Source of the DNA: a bacterium
Lineage (GTDB): Bacteria; UBP15; UBA6099; JAJRTR01
Direction of reading: 5' to 3'
Assembly: GCA_024278215.1 (NCBI GenBank)
Contig: JAJRTR010000067.1
Coordinates: forward strand, 1 to 35,199
DNA: 35,199 nucleotides
Part shown: piece after piece, positions 20,072-27,729 of the stretch
Layout: each line of letters starts with the position of its first letter
How positions within the stretch are numbered: the stretch's first letter is position 1
Program-made: the position numbers and the translations under genes
Notes under the pieces: model-generated
What the model was told of the DNA's origin: nothing
Seen by the model: the letters and a program-made list of their open reading frames with translations, nothing else
Database searches by the model: none

Positions 20072-20893
20072 TTACCATGAAGCGTGCGAGCTGTGTGAAG
20101 AATGCGCATTGGAATTCGAATGAGCGTTCACAGCAGTGATGCTCGAGTGGGCACTGACACCGGTTCCGCTTGTATGACTGTTAAGGCTGTAGTGGTTATT
20201 GATCGCATTCCTGCTGGCATGTCTGCTCGAATTCGAGTGTGCCGCCGCGGCTGAAGCGTTCGAGTGTGTGCTGTAGTTTGTGTGTGCATTTGTAGGCGAC
20301 ATGCTTGTGTGCCTGCTGGATGCGGCCCTGCTGGCATGTGTTGTGGGGGCTGTGTTGCTGTGGTCCGTCCAGGCGGAGTGCGTGCCCTGTGAGGCGCTGT
20401 TGTGCATGTTGCCTTTTGTGAGTGCGCTGTTGGAGTGTGTGTCGACAACGGTGTTTGTGGCTGCCGTACTTGCATGGCTGTTGGAGTTCATGTTCGAATG
20501 ATTGTTGATGCTGTTATGTACATTCACACTGCCTTTGCTGGAATGATCGCTGACAACATTGCTGTGTCTGGACGATGCTGCCATGCTGCCGTGCGAACTT
20601 ATGTTTGTGTGCCTGTTGACGGCGGAAACATTGGAGTGCGAACTGGACCCCGCCTGGTTGATATGCTGAACAACACTGGAATGAGCGCTGGTGTGAATAG
20701 ACGACGCGGGGTCGGAGAGCAGACCGATGGCGGCAATCGCCAGTGTGCCGGTGAGAATGTTTTTGGGCGATATCTTTGCTTCTTCATTGGTGAAATATTC
20801 GAGCACGTCATCCTTCACCGAGGGCAGTATCGTTTTGACACCCTGTTTGACTGAAGCGCTACCGTATACTTCGTTGCGTTTTTTTTCGCTCAT
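20072..20893 (-). CDS. His-Xaa-Ser/Asn repeat precursor protein 1 (HxsA-like)
   Basis: 28 His, 27 of them H-x-S/N; ends HSSHSSHASW; AAGGTG RBS; directly downstream of hxsB. Confidence 0.9.
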   Translation of the reverse strand: MSEKKRNEVYGSASVKQGVKTILPSVKDDVLEYFTNEEAKISPKNILTGTLAIAAIGLLSDPASSIHTSAHSSVVQHINQAGSSSHSNVSAVNRHTNISSHGSMAASSRHSNVVSDHSSKGSVNVHNSINNHSNMNSNSHASTAATNTVVDTHSNSALTKGNMHNSASQGTHSAWTDHSNTAPTTHASRAASSRHTSMSPTNAHTNYSTHSNASAAAAHSNSSRHASRNAINNHYSLNSHTSGTGVSAHSSITAVNAHSNSNAHSSHSSHASW

Positions 20894-20990
20894 GACACAC
20901 CTTTTTTTACTTTTCCCTTTGCTGCATCAAAGGTCTTTTAAGTTAACAACATAACGGTCGTGTTGTCTTGCCGACATCAGTTATCCGTGC

Positions 20991-22535
20991 TTAATTGCTT
21001 TTCTCGCATTCGCATTCTTTTTCTTCCGGAACATTGTCTCGTTCACTCCCGTTATCCGGGATCACTGCATTGTCGTCCTGCACTCTTTTGCCGACATAGT
21101 CTTCGATCCACTTAAGGAATACGGCACTGTTTTCCGGGATGAGGAGTCGCTCGAACAGGATATCCATAATACCTTCGTTTATTTTGTGCCTTCTTGTAGT
21201 GAAAACATTTGGGGACAACTCACCGCTCTCGTGATAATTCTGCACGGGACATATACCGCAATAAGGTTTATAGACGCACATCGAGCAACCGGGTGTCGAT
21301 TCTATAGTCGAAGCAAGGCATACGGCTTTAGTCGCCTTGTGCATGATCAGGTCGGTGTATGTGGACTCGCCGCAAGTGCCTATCTTGAATGTATCGTCGC
21401 CAAGGTGCCCGAGCATTCGGGCTTCGTCACATGTATACACGTCTCCGTTGTAGTTGTATGCAAGCTGTCCGAGTGCCGCGCCGCACGGAGACTTTAAATC
21501 CACATAACCAGGTTCGTGGCCTGCGATAGCCTTGCTGAGTATGTATATCGCAAATGTCTCCGTGAAGTATGTGCCGCCGTGGTTGATCTCCAGCACATAA
21601 TCAATTATCTCTGCATAAAATTCGAGAAATTCATCTGTGGTTATTCCTATTTTCTCCCAGTTTTTCTGAGCTACGCCCAGCGTGGTGGGGGGCCGCACGA
21701 ATATGGAATTCGACCCAAGCGAACGATATTCGTCTACAATCTCCCTTGCATAAGGCAGTGAATGTTTTGTAACGGTTCCTATCAGCGCCGGGAGTCTCTC
21801 GAGTCCTTCGTTCACATAGCGGTCAAACACTTTTCTGTAGTTTTTAACTACAAGCGCATGATTATCGCCGCGGTTTTTGTTGTGTACGTAGTCCGGTCCG
21901 TCGAGCGACATGCACATCACAACTTCGTTCTCGACAAGGAAATCAAGTTTCTCGTCATCTATCAGGGTGTGGTTTGATACTATGTTGAAACTTATCGACC
22001 TGTTTTTTACTTTATTAACTTCTTTCGCGTATTTGATTATGTGTTTGACAACTTCCCAGTTGAGCAGCGGTTCGCCGCCCTGGAACTCTATGCTGAGAAC
22101 TTCCGAAGGCGCCTGGAAGATCGTGTCCACCACCTTCTCGGCGGTTTCTATCGACATGTCTGTGCCGTGTGTGCTGCCCGGCACAGAATTCGCCTGGCAG
22201 TAAAGACATTTCAGATTGCATCTCAGCGTGGCGATTATGATATGCAGATTGGTAATGTGGGCGGGGTCCCTGAATCGTTTCAGCGCCTTATCCACCACAC
22301 CCGCTCTTGTTTCCTTCGTGAAGATCATATTGTGTTTCTGGAAATCTTCCATCAGCCGGCGATTACCGTAGGGGAGCCCGTTTTCGACAAGGTCTTTGAA
22401 ATCCGGCTCTTCGAGAAATAAGTAATTGCCGTATTCATTAACTATCAGAACATAGCCGCCTATTTTCCTGAAGCTGAAAGGCACCATTTTCTCAAAGTGC
22501 TTTTGTTTAACTTTTTTAATTGCGATGCCGTTCAT
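20991..22535 (-). CDS. hxsB: His-Xaa-Ser system radical SAM/SPASM maturase HxsB
   Basis: LHIIIATLRCNLKCLYCQA, IEFQGGEPLLN, SLDGP, YVDLKSPCGAALGQLAYNYNGDVYTCDEARML, PGCSMCVYKPYCGICPV. Confidence 0.9.
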   Translation of the reverse strand: MNGIAIKKVKQKHFEKMVPFSFRKIGGYVLIVNEYGNYLFLEEPDFKDLVENGLPYGNRRLMEDFQKHNMIFTKETRAGVVDKALKRFRDPAHITNLHIIIATLRCNLKCLYCQANSVPGSTHGTDMSIETAEKVVDTIFQAPSEVLSIEFQGGEPLLNWEVVKHIIKYAKEVNKVKNRSISFNIVSNHTLIDDEKLDFLVENEVVMCMSLDGPDYVHNKNRGDNHALVVKNYRKVFDRYVNEGLERLPALIGTVTKHSLPYAREIVDEYRSLGSNSIFVRPPTTLGVAQKNWEKIGITTDEFLEFYAEIIDYVLEINHGGTYFTETFAIYILSKAIAGHEPGYVDLKSPCGAALGQLAYNYNGDVYTCDEARMLGHLGDDTFKIGTCGESTYTDLIMHKATKAVCLASTIESTPGCSMCVYKPYCGICPVQNYHESGELSPNVFTTRRHKINEGIMDILFERLLIPENSAVFLKWIEDYVGKRVQDDNAVIPDNGSERDNVPEEKECECEKSN

Positions 22536-22738
22536 TACTTTCCGCCCATCTTGTATATCACGTAATTGCAGAATTCATCTATGAAATTTTCATGATCGGA
22601 ATAATCAATATTTTCGACGCTTACGTCAATTTTTCGCCCGGTGTCCGAAATAGTGAAATCAGCGAAACCGCCGTAATCTTTTACTGCTTCTTTTACAGCG
22701 CTCAATTTGTAAATCCTTTTGTCAAAATCAACTTTCAA
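22535..22738 (-). CDS. Short HxsD-like protein
   Basis: FDKRIYKLSAVKEAVKDY...FIDEFCNYV matches the HxsD pattern; overlaps both neighbours (TAATG coupling to hxsB). Confidence 0.75.
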   Translation of the reverse strand: MKVDFDKRIYKLSAVKEAVKDYGGFADFTISDTGRKIDVSVENIDYSDHENFIDEFCNYVIYKMGGK

Positions 22739-23300
22739 CGACTTCTCCGTTCAATGTCGGTATCACCAGCCCCTTTTTCGCCTGATCCTCGATTTGTTGC
22801 CGGGGGTCAAGTATATTGTCGGGCTGTCCGTATTTTTCTTCCCAGGGCGTCGCGATGCCGAGCGGATCGTCTTCGTAGTCGAACGATTCTTCCTCTTCCT
22901 CGATATCGGCAAGAAGTTTTTCCATTTTGTCGTTGAGTTTGAATACCTCCGCCCTGCTCTCCGTGTCCAGTTCCGTCTGCAAGTTGTCCGAAGCTAGGGA
23001 TATGCGTTCCGGGTTGAACACGATGTGAAATATCTGGTCCCTGACTCTTGATGTGCCTTTTAATATCTTCAATTTCACCGAGTAGTCCAACGCTTCATCC
23101 CGGAACTCACTTTCCAGATTGTCTATGGTTTCTCCGTCTTTTGGTTTAAGCTGCACAATAATTTTTCTGGCGTCGCTTTCGTCGTAATCAACACGCACAT
23201 AGCATTTCGCCAGGAATTTGTGGCATGCGCCCAATATGGCTTCCGCTGGAAACAACTTCGTGCTGAAGTGCATTTCCACACCGTTACCGCCGTTCTTCAT
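22728..23300 (-). CDS. hxsD: His-Xaa-Ser system protein HxsD with acidic C-terminal extension
   Basis: FSTKLFPAEAILGACHKF...EFRDEALDYSVKLKILKGTSRVRDQI; tail EEEEESFDYEDDPLGIATPWEEKYG; GGGAGG RBS. Confidence 0.75.
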   Translation of the reverse strand: MKNGGNGVEMHFSTKLFPAEAILGACHKFLAKCYVRVDYDESDARKIIVQLKPKDGETIDNLESEFRDEALDYSVKLKILKGTSRVRDQIFHIVFNPERISLASDNLQTELDTESRAEVFKLNDKMEKLLADIEEEEESFDYEDDPLGIATPWEEKYGQPDNILDPRQQIEDQAKKGLVIPTLNGEVVES

Positions 23301-23589
23301 TTTTTGCCGGCCCTCCCAGGATTCCTCAACACTTTATCAAAGCCTGTTGAAGCGATCATTCTGAAAAATAAATATTTCCATCTCCGAGCGATGTGATTAT
23401 ATATATAAATGGTTATATAACTCTTCGATCTATTATAGTACAGAACATGAAAATTCACAATCTTTCACTGAAGCTTATCGGTTATTCATGCTTTCCATGT
23501 GAAAACAAGCCGCATATTTATTCGAAATCACATTATTGTTATAGTATATCATGTATTGCAGAATATCAGATAGCGGGAAAAGTTCTGAA
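23301..23589. promoter_or_regulatory. AT-rich divergent promoter region between the hxs operon and a B12-rSAM
   Basis: Non-coding, AT-rich, with short palindromes TTATATATATAA and GTTATATAAC; exact promoters not resolved. Confidence 0.45.
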
Positions 23590-24888
23590 ATGAAGAAAAC
23601 TCATATCGTCTGCCTGCTTGGGCTGTCGAAACTTGACATTTATCATAAGGATACCTATTGCTACGGACTCGATAGAATCGCGGCGCATTCGCTCAAAAAA
23701 GGCCTGAATGCAAGAATACACAAATTAAACAGATATGTGGCAGGAGACATAACAGATGATTTGAAGCAGGTGGTTGAAATATATCCCGACGTACTGGCCT
23801 TATCGGCGTATTTGTGGAATGTGGAAAGAGTCGATTACCTTATATCCAGGACCAGGGAACTGCTCACGGAAACGCTGGTGGTGGTCGGCGGTCCGAGCGC
23901 GGGAAGGTACAGGCAGTTTGCTCCGGAATCGAAAAGCCCCCACTACGTAATTATCGGCGAGGGCGAAAAAGTATTCTTCGATCTTGTTGATTCATACCTG
24001 AACGGCAGGAAAAGATGTTATATCGCGCCGATATTAGAAAAAGAGGAGCTTGTATCATGCCGGGAACCTGTGATTATTGAAGATGCGCCGCCTGTCGCGA
24101 ATCTGGACGAACTGGGGTCGCCGTATACGATGAACCTTGGAATGCCGCCCGGTGACCGCCTGTATATCGAGACAAGCAGGGGATGTCCCCACAGGTGCTC
24201 TTTCTGCATTATGGGAATGTGCCGGGCGCCCCTTAGATTTTTCAGTATGGATTTTCTCAGGGAAGAATTACTCTGGGCAAAAAGCAACGGGAAAACCGAT
24301 GTCGATATTTGCGATGCGGCAATCAATTATAATTCGGAACATGCGGCGGGCTTTTTCAGAACGGCGGAAAGTATTGATCCTGAAGGTCAACTGAGTTTCA
24401 CTTTCGCAGTTCATGCGGATTATATAACGCCGGATCAGATCAGTGAGATGTCGCGTGTGAATGTTTTGCAGGCATCGGTAGGACTGAATTCATTAACACC
24501 CGGGACATTCAAGACAGTTGGGCGCAGAGTGGACAGAGTAAAGTTTGCAAGAAAAATCGATATGCTGAATACGGTCACAAGGCCCTCTGTTTCAGTTATA
24601 ATGGGGCTTCCGGGCGATACTGTGGAAGGATTTCGTGAGACGCTGGAATTCTGTGCGGAGTTGGATGCCGATATAAATATTTTTGAGCTCAAGGTTTTTC
24701 ACGATACCGGCTACTACAGGGATATCGAGAGATATAAGATTGTGTTTGATGAGGGCAACAGCATGAATGTTGTGTCGACGTTCAGCTACACGGAATCCGA
24801 TCTTGAAGAGATGCGGGCGGCGGCGGCGGAGTACGCCAGGAGGTTCGACAGGTTCAGTGCAGGCGATGTCGAACAAGTATGGAAATGA
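23590..24888 (+). CDS. B12-binding domain radical SAM protein
   Basis: PDVLALSAYLWN, VVVGGP, IIGEGE, ETSRGCPHRCSFC, IMGLPGDT. ATG 23590 preferred to 23551. Confidence 0.88.
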   Translation: MKKTHIVCLLGLSKLDIYHKDTYCYGLDRIAAHSLKKGLNARIHKLNRYVAGDITDDLKQVVEIYPDVLALSAYLWNVERVDYLISRTRELLTETLVVVGGPSAGRYRQFAPESKSPHYVIIGEGEKVFFDLVDSYLNGRKRCYIAPILEKEELVSCREPVIIEDAPPVANLDELGSPYTMNLGMPPGDRLYIETSRGCPHRCSFCIMGMCRAPLRFFSMDFLREELLWAKSNGKTDVDICDAAINYNSEHAAGFFRTAESIDPEGQLSFTFAVHADYITPDQISEMSRVNVLQASVGLNSLTPGTFKTVGRRVDRVKFARKIDMLNTVTRPSVSVIMGLPGDTVEGFRETLEFCAELDADINIFELKVFHDTGYYRDIERYKIVFDEGNSMNVVSTFSYTESDLEEMRAAAAEYARRFDRFSAGDVEQVWK

Positions 24889-24909
24889 TTGTATGTCAAA
24901 CGGCGCTAT

Positions 24910-25063
24910 CCCGCATATTTCACCAGATATGGGCTGGAATCGTGAGAATGGATGTTATCTGCAAGGTACGCATTTTTCAGATTCGCACCTGACCAGATAT
25001 GGGCTGGAATCGTGAGAATGGATGTTATCGCGATTCCTCAGGATTTCTTTGTGAGAAATCCGG
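24910..25063 (+). repeat. Dispersed repeat copy 1, containing a perfect 38-bp direct duplication
   Basis: ACCAGATATGGGCTGGAATCGTGAGAATGGATGTTATC at 24922-24959 and 24992-25029; hairpin GGATTTCT-TTGTG-AGAAATCC; homologous to 29421-29485. Confidence 0.8.
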
Positions 25064-25117
25064 GCCATTACTTAGATGCGCATGTAAAATTCAGGTTTTC
25101 GCCCGCCCGCCGATCTG

Positions 25118-25840
25118 CTATGACGGCATGGAAAAAGTCAGTGTCGTTTCGAAATACTTCGGGTCTTCCTCATCGAGTATCACTGCTATATATTCCCTTA
25201 TCCGCCTTTTCATTTCCGCATAAGTAGCGGTTTTCTTTTTGGCGAGTTCCGCCGCGAATTCTATGCTTTTGGGAACAAGTTCGTCCATCGAATAAGTTTC
25301 GTCTACGAAATTTATCTTCATCGCTTCGGTAGCGTTCATCCGCTTGCCGGTATAATATAATTCCCGGAAACCCGCATTTGTCATCACCGCCTGGCATGTT
25401 GCTATCATTCCCGGCAGGAGCGGTATGTTAATGTCCATTTCAGGCATACATATCCAGCCGCGGTCCTCTCGCATAAATCGAAAATCCATATATGATGCCA
25501 TAAAAAGCCCGGCGGCGAAGGTGTGTCCGTTCAGCGCGGCCACCGTAGGTTTCGGATACAGGCACCATCTCTTGAACATGTCGTTGATTTTCTTAAGATA
25601 GCCCAGAATCACATCTTTGTTGTTGAAATTCGCCATCATCCATTCAAGATCAAGTCCGTTGGAAAAGAATTTAGGATCACCGCCCGTCACCACGATCGCG
25701 CCCAGGCTGTCGTCCGCTTCGATCTCATCGAGTTGCCCCATCATTTCATCGATAACTTCCGGGTTGAACCTGTTTTCCTTCTTATAATTCATTGTCATCA
25801 GGGCGACTTTGCCGTGCTTTTCTATCGTTATGTATCCCAT
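25118..25840 (-). CDS. Enoyl-CoA hydratase/isomerase (crotonase) family protein, enoyl-CoA delta-isomerase-like
   Basis: KFFSNGLDL, PKPTVAALNGHTFAAG, DFRFMREDRGWICMPE, TGKRMNATEA. Confidence 0.9.
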   Translation of the reverse strand: MGYITIEKHGKVALMTMNYKKENRFNPEVIDEMMGQLDEIEADDSLGAIVVTGGDPKFFSNGLDLEWMMANFNNKDVILGYLKKINDMFKRWCLYPKPTVAALNGHTFAAGLFMASYMDFRFMREDRGWICMPEMDINIPLLPGMIATCQAVMTNAGFRELYYTGKRMNATEAMKINFVDETYSMDELVPKSIEFAAELAKKKTATYAEMKRRIREYIAVILDEEDPKYFETTLTFSMPS

Positions 25841-26096
25841 GTTCCGCGTTCCCTTCGTGTGTGTGCCGCCGACCCGGCGGCACGATATCCTTATCTGCGT
25901 TTGTTAATATCTCGTTGAATATTATCCATACACAAGTTTGTTGTCAATTCGTTGATTCCGGCTTGAAAAGTTCCGGGATGTTTTTATCATCGCTATAAAT
26001 TGCTAATGGCCGCAATATCAATTTCATGTGTCACTCTTAATCCGGCTCAGCGTCTCCTTGACTTATCGACAGGCGCAAACGCACCCACGCTGTTTG

Positions 26097-27584
26097 TCAT
26101 GCGTCGAGCCCGAAGAATTTTTTGAGGTAGTGTTTGTAGCGCGCGGCGTACTGGAGCATCATGATCTCGGCGTCGGGCGACTTGCGCATCAGGAGCCGCG
26201 CGGCGGTGTATGCTATGCCGGGGATGACGGATGTCGGGAAACGTCGATACCAGCGCCGCCGGATGATTTTGTCTATCCAGCGCTTCGGCAGTATCATGAT
26301 AAGCACGAACAGCAGGTAGAACTGTCGCTGGAGCAGCGGCGACGCGCTGTCGATGGTGATCGAGCCGAGGTCGTCGCCCGAGTTGATACGGGCTACATCC
26401 TCAGCGGTCAGCACGCCGTGGTCCATTGCGATTTGAATTATTTCGGTGCTCGGAAAGTATCGCAGCCAGAACACTTTCAATATGTCGGGCCGGACTTCGT
26501 TGTAGAACTCGGCCATCTCGAGCAGGTCGTCCTCGTTTTCTGTCGGAAAGTTGGTAATGTTTTCGGCGGCGACGAATATATTCCTGCTTTTGAGAATCTC
26601 AATCGAGCGCCTTATCCTGTCGGTCGTTTCACGGCGGTTGTAAATGTTGCGGCGTTTTTCCTGGTTGATCGTCTGCACGCCGATGTCCACCTTGCCACAG
26701 CCCGACTCCGCCAGAAGGTCGGCGTATTCCTCGGTGACTATGTTGGGATTCGTGCAGGCGATATAGGGCAGTCCGACCCGCCGGTTGTATTTTTCGACGA
26801 ATTCTTCCAGCCATTTTTTGTTGAATCCGAATACTTCGTCATAGAAATTGATGTGCGGCTCGCCGTACTTCTTTTTAGCAGCCGCGAGTTCTTCGATGAC
26901 GTTGTCCACGCTTCGCAGCCGGACATAGCCTTTGAGCCCGTAGATTCTTTTCAAGAGGTTATTATTGCAGAAAGTGCATTTGTAGGGACAGCCGCGCGAT
27001 GCCATGATGGTGTAGATGTCGGTGGGTTTCATGGGCGTCTTTTCGTAAAGCGTTTTGTCGGGGAAGGGGAGTGTGTCCAGGTCCGCGATCAGCGGTCTGA
27101 TGGGGTTTAATCGAGCGTTGCCGTTTTCGAGCGTGCCGAGATTTTCTATCGCCGGGTCTATTCCGCCGGTGCTCATGACCGAGTCGATGATGTCCGCGAA
27201 AGCGCCTTCGCCCTCGCCGCGCACGACTGCGTCCACACAGTCGAGTTCGAGAATGTTTTCGGGTACGGAAGTGATGTGAATGTTGCCCGCAATTATCGGG
27301 GCGTCCGTGTGCGGGCGGATCATGGCGGCTAACTCGCGGAACCACGGCACATCGCTTGTCACTACCGAGAAAGCGAGCAGGTCGGGTTTTTCGGCGAGGA
27401 CTTCCCTGACGACTTTTTTTCTCATGTTGAAGAGCCGCGCGAGCGGGCCGACGGTCACAAACGAATCGTCGAACAATCTCGGGTCGAACACCATCGATAC
27501 TTCGCAGCCCTTTGCTTTCGCCACAGCCGAAAGGTACTCGATTGCGAGGCTGCTGAACGCCGGGTATACAAATACTATTTTCAT
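26097..27584 (-). CDS. B12-binding domain radical SAM protein
   Basis: MKIVFVYP start, PDLLAFS, VVRGEGE, DLDTLPFPD, ASRGCPYKCTFC, RSVDNVIEE. Confidence 0.9.
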   Translation of the reverse strand: MKIVFVYPAFSSLAIEYLSAVAKAKGCEVSMVFDPRLFDDSFVTVGPLARLFNMRKKVVREVLAEKPDLLAFSVVTSDVPWFRELAAMIRPHTDAPIIAGNIHITSVPENILELDCVDAVVRGEGEGAFADIIDSVMSTGGIDPAIENLGTLENGNARLNPIRPLIADLDTLPFPDKTLYEKTPMKPTDIYTIMASRGCPYKCTFCNNNLLKRIYGLKGYVRLRSVDNVIEELAAAKKKYGEPHINFYDEVFGFNKKWLEEFVEKYNRRVGLPYIACTNPNIVTEEYADLLAESGCGKVDIGVQTINQEKRRNIYNRRETTDRIRRSIEILKSRNIFVAAENITNFPTENEDDLLEMAEFYNEVRPDILKVFWLRYFPSTEIIQIAMDHGVLTAEDVARINSGDDLGSITIDSASPLLQRQFYLLFVLIMILPKRWIDKIIRRRWYRRFPTSVIPGIAYTAARLLMRKSPDAEIMMLQYAARYKHYLKKFFGLDA

Positions 27585-27729
27585 AGGTCTGTTTTTATCC
27601 GAATTCCTGCATTTGTGTTTCGACAAGCCTGTAAAGCGGTTTGCCGTTGCCGCACTGCCAACCACAGTGGTGAAATATGCTGATAATATATCGAATCCAT
27701 ATCATATTACAGGTCGAGTCTTTGTCGTT

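Noticed and set aside
20720-20800. Flp/type IV prepilin-like leader (YFTNEEA resembles FxxDExG)
   Set aside because: No Gly at -1, no Glu+5/Tyr+6, and Lys residues follow the putative cleavage site.
18015-20893. Precursors as simple His-rich metal-storage or low-complexity proteins
   Set aside because: The strict H-x-S/N pattern, conserved leader, terminal (HxS)3W and position beside hxsB/hxsD argue for rSAM substrates; metal binding remains possible.
24922-25029. CRISPR-like geometry (38-bp repeat, 32-bp spacer)
   Set aside because: Only two repeats, no cas genes in the window, and the unit is part of a dispersed element that recurs at 29421.
25863-25883. Perfect 9-bp hairpin GTGCCGCCG-ACC-CGGCGGCAC as a terminator
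   Set aside because: No U-tract on either strand and it lies just upstream of a start codon; role unclear.
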